Program-made: the position numbers and the translations under genes
Assembly (NCBI GenBank): GCA_030141605.1
Contig: JAQGDQ010002051.1
Span: forward strand, 1 to 16,589
Length of the DNA stretch: 16,589 bases
Direction: 5' to 3'
Source of the DNA: Tubiluchus corallicola
Lineage: Eukaryota > Animalia > Priapulida
In this document: in pieces, positions 1 to 8,546 of the stretch
Layout: each line of letters starts with the position of its first letter
Position numbering within the stretch: position 1 is the first letter of the stretch
The notes under the pieces: model-generated
The model's input: only the letters and a program-made list of their open reading frames with translations
Databases searched by the model: none
What the model was told of the DNA's origin: nothing

Positions 1-132
1 TTTATAAAAATGACAATGATCGTACATAAAAATATCGTTAGTTTTCACATATTCTTCCAATTAATCTTATAAACACACATTAAATATAATGTGTAGTTAT
101 TTATTTCGTCTATTTCGTTGGTGACAGGTAAA

Positions 133-133
<1 letters not shown>

Positions 134-187
<54 letters not shown>

Positions 188-303
188 TCTGTCTCTCTCT
201 CTCACACACTCTCTCTTTTTCTTCTCTCTGTCCCTCCCTCCCACTCCCTCCCTCCCTCTCTCGCTCTCTCTTTCTATCTTTCCCTCCTCCCTCTCTCTCT
301 CTC

Positions 304-339
<36 letters not shown>

Positions 340-360
340 GCTCTCTCTCTCCCATTCTCA

Positions 361-412
<52 letters not shown>

Positions 413-424
413 CCATCCCTCCAC
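134..424. repeat. Imperfect (CT)n/(GA)n microsatellite, polypyrimidine tract
   Basis: About 290 bp of CT repeats with CCCT, CA and CG interruptions. Explains ORFs 45..416, 110..445 and 118..465. Confidence 0.97.
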
Positions 425-1075
425 TTGTTGTTTATCTAACTCCAACCCCCGAGGTGCCTACTTGAAAACGCTACAGCTAATTTCGTACAAGCGCTACAGA
501 CAATTGACAAATACGAGCAAAGATAACAAACGACTTCCCTACACAAGCTTTTAGAGGCAGCCCTTGAAGGCAGTTAACGTGACATTAATGCATTGAGATG
601 AAATCCCTCGGTGGCAAACGCACTGGTTGATGTGCTTAATTGAGTGCTAAAGTAGCAGGGCCACCAGCGTCACATCCTAATCCCCTCCCCTGCATGGCTT
701 CCTGCTCCCATCTTACTTGTTTTATTCATTAGGATTACAGACCAGCTCTCAGCTAATGCGTACGCTTGCTCTGACATTAGCATTGCTAATGTCTGCTATC
801 ACAGCCGTACAGTTCTCATGCAGTTTTACTTGTTTTACCGTTTCCGTTAACGGCCTGCAGAACAGAAAATAAATACGGACAAAGGAGGAATAGTATTACA
901 TTGAAATAAAAACACCTCTACAACTTTTTAGACCAAGACGATAAATCATAAAATAGTTAGTCATTTAATACTTTTATCCAAGCACCAGTTAAGCAATATT
1001 TGCATAAAAATGTCATTTTAAGTAACATATTAAAGTGTTAATACTTTTTGAGGCATATGCTTTTGTACAAAATAC

Positions 1076-1435
1076 CATGAAATTGAAAACTATTTAATAT
1101 CCGCGTATTCGGTATTCACTGTAAATAAATCTTCTTGCACCGCGTAGTGTTATACACCACAAGCAGTTACAAATTCAATTTCTATTTCACTCAAACATGA
1201 AATTAAGATCTAGTAAATATTCGTGTTTTTACTATTTTTCGTCAATAAATGTTCTTGCACCGCGTAGTGTTATACACCACAAACAGTTATAAATTCCGAT
1301 TCTATTTCAGTCAATCATGAAATTGAGACCTAGTTAATATTCGTGTTTTCAATATTTATTGTAAATAAATCGTTCATCACCTAGCTGTGTTTTCACCACA
1401 AACAGTTATAATTTCCTGTTCTATTTCAAGTTAAT
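1076..1435. repeat. Tandem repeat, 120-bp unit, about 3 diverged copies
   Basis: CATGAAATT recurs at 1076, 1196 and 1316. TTCTTGCACCGCGTAGTGTTATACACCACAA is shared by copies 1 and 2; copy 3 is more diverged. Confidence 0.92.
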
Positions 1436-2173
1436 ATGTGACACATGAATTCCATTTATAATAATCCTGTGCCTTGTTTTTGTACGCCGCAGTTTAGTTA
1501 CTTAGACTGCGATGAGCGTGAAAATATATGCAATTGTAATCAAGCCAAATTTCTTCAATTGGTCTTAGACTCAATTTTTCTTGGTTTATTGAAATATTGC
1601 AGTAAGGTTTTCTTCTGTGATCATGTTATCGTGGTAGCGCAAATATGTAACTAATATTATTTTGTGTTTACATACAAGATTATTACAAAATGTTTTGTAT
1701 ACGTGTATAGACATATATATATATATATTATACTATATATATCATCTGAATTACATAATCATATATATTTATCTGTAACTAGCTTTTTAAATGTAAACTA
1801 ATTCACTTATTTTGTAACTACAATATTAGGTGTATATAATTAGGTATAATAATCTATCATACAGGTAGATTACAGGTGGGAACTGTTTAATTAATATTCG
1901 TCACAGGTAAGGACTAGTAGAATGTGTGTCACCATTTAAAGTACGTGAGTTTGCAGTTAGTTAGAGATTTATTAATATTCGTCAAGTGTAAAAGTCTTTG
2001 TAGTGTGTTAGGTTAGTTACCGGTAAAGAAAGTTTTTTTTAATATGCGTTAAGCAACTGGACACAGAATTTAGGCGTGAGATTGGTGGTAAGGAGGTACG
2101 GCTTTTTAAATACTGATTATAAATATTTAGAAACTACGTGGAAACTCTGCACATTAATGTTCATTGGTTAATG

Positions 2174-2290
<117 letters not shown>

Positions 2291-2858
2291 TTATAGTCAG
2301 GAAATGACTGCCTCCGCTATACATAAAATTAATCGCAAGTTGGTGTAATCGTATTTGTAAGTAATTATTATTAAGTAATATTTCATTAAAAACACTTAGT
2401 TTAGTGCATTTCTAAAGTTCTTAAAGGTTTTTTATGGACAAGCAAACTTTCAATAAGCTTGTCAGTGCATGATTTGCATGGATTTAAAAAGTGTATAAAG
2501 AACTTATGAGGCTTGAAATTAAAATTGATAGCACGCAGTATTATTAATTTAAAAATGTTTTGAAAGTTTAAAACAATTCATCGTACAACAAACACTTTAA
2601 CTGTAGCCAGTAAACAAGAGGTATTGCAATACACAAGCAATTAGTGAACATTGAAACCTTGAAATACAATTTTGAAATTTTAAAGTAGTATTGTTTGCCC
2701 TGGGAGGGTAACTACCCCCCCCCCCCCCCCTCCCGCCTCGTATCCTTATGACTGTATGTAACGAACGTGATGACAGCAAACACAACAGCTTTGTTAGAAT
2801 CAAGAAAAAGTGATTATGTTGTCTTTAAACTGCAGTTGTTTTGGTTAGTAAGTTCGTC

Positions 2859-3234
2859 AATAAGCCTTTTCATAGTTCCAGTGATTGATGATGATCGTGA
2901 AAAGGTCAATGGTTAAGCGTACCAGACAAAGCATTTGTGTACATCTGACAAAGCCTCACAGCCCATGTTGTTGTAATTTTAATTAAGAAAAGGGACGAAT
3001 GCTAGCTATAGAACCTTGCCTAGTTCATTTTTTCTTGTTCCCAAGCAAGAACCTTCACAGACCATTGCATAGTTAAGCAAAGTTCAACTAAAAATAGCTG
3101 AAATTACTCCACTTGGCTTTGCTTTACCCACATGTCACGTGACGGTTGTAGCTAAAACGCGTTGCTGTGGTACGCTTAACCTTTGACCTACAGCAACTGC
3201 GCGTGCGCACAAAGAAACTGTAAAAAGGCTTATT
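2859..3234. mobile_element. Non-autonomous DNA transposon (MITE) with about 65-bp interrupted terminal inverted repeats; possibly ISL2EU/Harbinger-related
   Basis: Outer IR AATAAGCCTTTTCATAGTT (2859-2877) vs AACTGTAAAAAGGCTTATT (3216-3234), 17/19. Inner IR AGGTCAATGGTTAAGCGTACCA (2903-2924) vs TGGTACGCTTAACCTTTGACCT (3168-3189), 21/22, placed symmetrically 44-45 bp from each end. AT at 2860-2861 and 3232-3233 could be a 2-bp TSD. Confidence 0.72.
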
Positions 3235-3405
3235 ACTGCTTAATGTAGCAAAACTGTACATCAAAAGCCAAGTAAATATATTATCAGTATGTAATTGCAA
3301 TTGTATACCTGTTGAAATTTGTAATCGAGTTTTTGTAAAACAAACTACCTTTTTTCTTTACTTTAGCATTTACACTTTAAGTCTTTGCTTAGTGGCTGTC
3401 AAACA

Positions 3406-3710
3406 AAGCCTGCATTTAAAATCATGTCTATAAAGCAGTTTATATTGTTCTAAAAACTAACGCTGGTTCAGGGCATGTGGGAGGGAGGCCTGGGGCCCGT
3501 CTGGAAGGAAGCCTGCATTTCAAAACATGTCTATAAAGCAGTTTATATTGTTCTAAAAACTAACACTGCTTCAGGGCATGTGCGCGGGAGGCCTGGGGCC
3601 CGTCTGGAAGGAAGCCTGCATTTAAAATCATGTCTATGAAACAGTTTATATTGCTTTAAAAACGAAAACTGGTTCAAGGCATGTGGGAGGCCTGGGACCC
3701 GTTTGGATGG
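3406..3710. repeat. Tandem repeat, 103-bp unit, about 3 copies
   Basis: AAGCCTGCATTT starts at 3406, 3509 and 3612. Each unit has an AT-rich half and a G-rich half (GGGAGGCCTGGGGCCCGTCTGGAAGG). Confidence 0.95.
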
Positions 3711-4330
3711 GACACTTGTTCTTGGTCTCCTATTAAAATTCAGTGCATATGTATTGTCCCCCGAGATTTCATACATTTTGTACGAGTCCCTTCTTTAAAA
3801 TGGCAACGCCTATACATATCATCACAGCCTATATTGGTGGAAGGCCCCCTCTTGGTGGGTGACTCGGGGTCCTTGCCTCCCTCTCCCTTTATCCGGCCCT
3901 ATACTGGTTGCAGCCAGTTTGGGCACCGCATCTAATATTTCATTTTGTGTAAGTTAGAGGGCAGCACATGCTTATTACGGCAGAACAATTGTATAAAAGC
4001 TTTTGTCAAAGCAATTTGGATGCTTAATCTTTTCAGATAATTACAGCAGTTTAAAATATTGTAATTAAAATTTGGTACTTTGAGACGTTTGTTTAGCAAG
4101 AAAGATAGAAACGGATTTTTCTTAGTGTGCCATAACCTTAATGTTGCACTCGGTGTCACATTTGTCATCTCAGCTTTGTGTTGATTATATGAATGTAAAA
4201 GAATCACAAATTTATCTAAACTCAGAATTTTAAATGCAAAAACTTGAGAAAGAATTCTTTAATCGATAATCAAAAATCATGAATTTGCATGAATATTTCT
4301 GTTTCTAAGGCACTTGGCTTGGTGTAGTAT

Positions 4331-4712
4331 CCACAACTGTGCACAGTAGTAAGAAAGCAGCATTAAAATGGTGTTCTGCTGCCATCTAGAGGCAAGTTAA
4401 TTAAACATTCAGCGATGAAGACCAAAATGTTTTCTCACGTAAACCCAGCAACTTTGGGCCCGGTTTTGCTTTAAACGTTATGCTGCTCTCAATAGCAGAA
4501 TCAGCAGAAAAAGCTTTATACAGCTTTTGTAAACTTACAACAGATGGCGCAAATAAATGCAAATCATCAGCATACAAGATATGATTTAATGATTGTTTGC
4601 CAAGGAAACACCCTTTCAATTTACTCAACCTTCAGGTAAGTTAAAGAAGATATACACAAAACAAAACGGGTGACAGAGTGCTGCCTTGTCTCAGGCCAGT
4701 ACTAACATTAAA
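4331..4712 (-). mobile_element. Degenerate non-LTR retrotransposon (LINE) reverse transcriptase fragment
   Basis: One frame from 4712 reads FNVSTGLRQGSTLSPVLFCVYLL*LT*RLSKLKGCFLGKQSLNHILYADDLHLFAPSVVSLQKL. This contains the GxRQGxxLSPxLF and YADD RT motifs with two in-frame stops. A YCAQLW remnant lies near 4331-4348. Clade not determined. Confidence 0.88.
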
Positions 4713-6892
4713 ACAACATAGTATTGCTTTTAAATATCAATATTTTACATTATAATAGTACTGAATTGTTGTCATTGTATGTTGATGGAAGTGACGTAAA
4801 ATCAAATCAAATTACATTAGGGGTACAAAGCGTTTTAATGTGATCAGACCTTACGTTCCCTTTCATGTATTTATGATAAATTTGAAGACAGTTATTGTTA
4901 TCATTTAATTGTTATATTATGCATTGTGTTACATCTGCTGACTTTCTGTGTGTATTTGTTAATAAGTATTTGTTTTATGTACAGAAAACCTTCACTATTT
5001 CATTCATGCTCCAAAGTTTTTATTCTAAAAAGAATAATAAAGAGAACATTAACAAGTAAGAAAAATAAATAGAATGATAAACAGAAGCTTAATAATTAAG
5101 AAGAAGTCAACTTATTGGTAAAAGTACTTTCTCAAATTTCAGAGATCGAATTCATAAACTTAATTAAATTATTTAAATTCATGTAACTTACATCGTTGGC
5201 TCTTCGTCAAGATTTAGAATTTCTCAAGGTACAAATTTGGTTATAACTAAAGCTGTTATTAACTATAACACAATAAGGATAAAAACATTTCTGTGAATAA
5301 AAACGCGACCATCATTGTTCTCCTCCCGTCCTTTCCTCTCCGCACAGCTCGTAGAGGGCAGCACCTTCCAATAAATAAGTGTCGTTATGAATATTGCAGT
5401 TACAATTTGTATGTATCTTATTTGTTTTTTAGATTAAGAATAATACATAAAGTACTATACAAAAGCAGATTAGTGATGTAGATTATAAAACTATATATAT
5501 AAGTTAAAAAGTGTACATAAAGAGGATAGGTTAGTTTAAATTATAAAAGAGGAGTTTTGGAAGTACAACGTCTTATAATTATCGAATATCTGCATCTAAT
5601 TACTGCTATTCAAAATTCTATTTCTTAGGGTAAAACACATTTACAAATGTATGTATGCATATATATCTATTTGAGTTTATTGGTGTTTCTATTACCTTAT
5701 TTTTTCACCACTTCTATTTGTACATATATTTGCATAGCGAGGATTCACGTATCTATTGTAAAAACTATCTAATCTCAACGAAATAAGCTATGTTGTAAAC
5801 TAAAACTTTCGGAAATAACATTAATTCTCCATTTGATTACTATACCAACTTTGAAGTAAATTGATAACAGATTTTTTTTCATATTTCGAGTATAGAGAAC
5901 AGTGATTTGTCCTATTTGGAAGGCTTGCTGGTATCCACCACGCGTTAGTATACTCTACCATGCGAGAGAGAATCATATCATTATAACGTTGTGCTAATTA
6001 ATTGCAAAAATAACCTCGGATTCAGCGCTTTTCTTGAAGCCAAACTGAGTATCAACAGTTCTAAGATCTTGTTCACACTTCTATAAAGTAATATTTCAAA
6101 GTTTTTACTAATACTACTGGGTTTAAGGATAGGGTTAAATGACAGATTGTTCACAGCGTAATACTGACGAGCCTCAGAAGTTACCACACCACAAACACTT
6201 ATGACATCGAGACCTTGAATATATTATATATTCACGCCATTTTATACCATAAGTTCTTTGGATAGTTTTTGAAGACCCACTTATCTGAACAGCATTACGA
6301 TACGGGTCTGTACAAAGGAAAAAGTTTCACATTTAGTTGACAAAACGATTAAAACTAATTTTAGCCTTCTATATTTTTAACTGAGATAAATACTGTTCGG
6401 GAGTTTAATACTTTGTTAAATTTACCAATGTAAGGCTGTCGACTGATCTAAACAGATTTGTTTATGTAAAATATAATTACAACGAAAAGTGGAATGAAAT
6501 ACAAACGCTTATTTTTTGCAATTGAGTCATGAAATGCTTAATCTTATCACAATGCATTGAATGTTTTTAACTTTATGTAAAAAGTTTGGATCTTTGAAAA
6601 AATAGGCGGGAGAGCAAAACTTGGGCAACTGAATGCCCTGAATTCAATTACTTTCGCATTTTCGATGCAAAACAGTTGTAAATTAACGTTCTTAATAAAA
6701 GTGGTATTCTTTTCACAATACATGTTGTAATACTGCTTCTAGACCAATGTGTTCACTGCTCTATCAGCCGTCATGCTCCCCCCCCCATCTAGTTTATCAA
6801 ATGACTACACTTAACTATGTGAATTGTAAATTAGAGCCTATCTATAGGCAAGAAGTTGTGTTTATTGACAAACTTGTACTAGTGTCTTGTGA

Positions 6893-7007
6893 TACTACTG
6901 CTACTGCTACTGCTACTGCTACTGCTACTACTACTGCTGCTGCTGCTACTGCTACTGCTGCTGCTGCTGCTACTGCTGCTGCCACTGCTGCCACCGCTAC
7001 CGCCACT

Positions 7008-7043
<36 letters not shown>

Positions 7044-7113
7044 ACCACCACCACCACCACCACCACCACCACCACCACCACTACCACTACCACTACTACT
7101 ACTACGACTACTA

Positions 7114-7153
<40 letters not shown>
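6893..7153. repeat. Compound trinucleotide microsatellite: (ACTGCT)n-(GCT)n-(GCC)n-(ACC)n-(ACT)n
   Basis: About 260 bp keeping an almost invariant R-C-Y triplet register. Explains ORFs 6747..7160, 6842..7120 and 6889..7164. Confidence 0.97.
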
Positions 7154-7156
7154 GAG

Positions 7157-7531
7157 TTGATTGATTTTGTAGTGCTGATTTAAATATTGTAATTCAGTTT
7201 ATCATCTTTGTTTTAAAATGTGTAGTTACAATAGCTTCACATATGCTAATTGCTTGAGCGAGGCTATAAGTACATGTTAGAGCTCTACGCAAAGCATGAT
7301 ATGAGTATTGCAATTAATTTCTAGTGAAATATAGAATCTAACAGCCAATATTTACGATCCAGTCAATTTTAGAGATTACTAGTTAATGACGGTGTACCTA
7401 CATGTACTGAATAGTTCAAGTTAATTTTAGTTAAAAGAAAGCAAATGTGAAAATATCTGGGACTGGGCTGTATTTGAACCAGAAATTTTTAGATTACGTG
7501 CACTGAAATATAGCCAGTAGACCAAAGCCTC
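7157..7531 (-). mobile_element. Probable old tRNA-derived SINE
   Basis: Minus strand has A-box-like TGGTCTACTGG (7514-7524) and B-box-like GGTTCAAATAC (7470-7480), 33 nt apart as in tRNAs, with no intact cloverleaf. A short AATCAATCAA tail at about 7157-7166 abuts the microsatellite. The 3' extent is uncertain. Confidence 0.42.
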
Positions 7532-7742
7532 TTCAGTTATTTGTAGGGTCTTAATTCAATTTCAACATCTCACCAACCATTCTAACACTTGCATAAGTAA
7601 TTGTATAAAAGTTAAGTAGTAGTTTAGTGAACATAAAAATACATAAAATTAAATTAATAACACACGTGAGTTTCTATTATATCTCAAAATAGGACAATGC
7701 ATTCACAATGCACATTTGTAACATCAGATCTCTAAAAAATAT

Positions 7743-8093
7743 TGTAACGACTCCGGGTTCCATTCCAGGCGGCAATTTCGGATCCCACTTCTGACACCAG
7801 TGTAACGGCTCCGGGTTTCCCCGCGCATCCGAGTTCCAGGATGTATAGAGTGGCATACAAATTATGAAATACTTTACAGCAGACGAGAAAAGTAAAAAGA
7901 ATACGAATGTAAAATGAACTTTAATGCACAGCCAGTAGCTCCATGACATGTGAACAGACATTTGAAAGGCCACGTTGGAATCGTCAAACTACGGCAGGCA
8001 TTCTGTTTTATACAGGTACATTTGCATTACTGGGCTTCTCAACCATACCCATTACTAACATTAGGGGGTTGGTCAAAATCTGCCCTAGTAACA
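7743..8093 (-). mobile_element. LTR-retrotransposon-derived element (Gypsy-like): LTR 7801-8093 + tRNA-Leu PBS 7782-7799 + duplicated LTR terminus 7743-7759
   Basis: TG...CA ends, with ATAT on both flanks (7739-7742 and 8094-8097). Minus-strand TATAAAA (8006-8012) and ATTAAA (7920-7925). PBS TGGTGTCAGAAGTGGGAT lies 1 nt after ...GCCGTTACA. Confidence 0.82.
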
Positions 8094-8420
8094 ATATTTT
8101 TTCCTTTTTAATATATGATTCAAATTATAACTCCTAAACAGCATACGTATTCAAGTACACAATTCACAAATTGTCCTTAGTCAGTGAATATTTTCAGAAT
8201 CTAGCAATAATATAGTATTAAATTAGCTTTTTTGTTTAAAGGGAAAAATATTAGCTATCGTTAAAAAGGTAAATGTGTTTCTTTCAGTATTTTTAAAGTC
8301 AACAATATTGCCATATTCTGCTGATAAATAAATTTGAATATTATAGTTTGAATTTAATGGCTTCAATAGGCTAATGCCATTAAACATTAACTTATTGAAC
8401 CTAGATTACAATTTACAACA

Positions 8421-8426
8421 TTTATT
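8421..8426 (-). terminator. Candidate polyadenylation signal (AATAAA) of the ABCA gene
   Basis: TTTATT on + at 8421-8426, just downstream of the proposed stop. An ATTAAA variant lies at 8353-8358. AT-rich background weakens this call. Confidence 0.4.
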
Positions 8427-8499
8427 GCAAGCAAGTTGGGCATAATCATACACTTTGACATAGGAATCTTGACTAGTCGTTTTGAAATATTTGGTGGCT

Positions 8500-8546
8500 T
8501 CATAAATGTGTGATTTCAGGTATGTCACTTGCATATCGGTCTACGT
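8500..8546 (-). CDS. ABCA1: Probable terminal ABCA coding exon: (H)[14 protein letters not shown]
   Basis: Strong acceptor TTTATTTTGGTATTATGTTTCAG. Phase 1 matches the 9516 donor. Ends in T-H-L-stop (TGA 8500-8502). AATAAA follows about 75 nt downstream. No transcript evidence. Confidence 0.6.

Noticed and set aside
45-465. ORFs encoding ER/RE-rich or LS-rich proteins
   Set aside because: These are translations of the (CT)n microsatellite, with no non-repetitive coding signal.
1826-1912. Cluster of CAGGTA/TAGGTA motifs resembling Zelda sites or splice donors
   Set aside because: The motifs are short, the lineage is unknown, and there is no supporting exon or promoter context.
2700-2750. C16 run followed by GCCTCGTATCCTTATG as a transposon end or G-quadruplex
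   Set aside because: No matching opposite terminus or TSD was found, and a homopolymer alone is not informative.
6842-7164. Poly-Val/Ala and poly-Leu/Pro ORFs
   Set aside because: These are alternative frames of the trinucleotide array.
7724-7742. Alternative terminal ABCA exon at acceptor TTTTTTAG (7732-7739) giving QI*
   Set aside because: It lies beyond a stronger upstream acceptor and poly(A) signal, and directly abuts the LTR insertion.
7770-7800. tRNA-Leu gene
   Set aside because: Only the 3' end is present, it includes an encoded CCA, and there is no D or anticodon arm. Its position next to an LTR end identifies it as a PBS.
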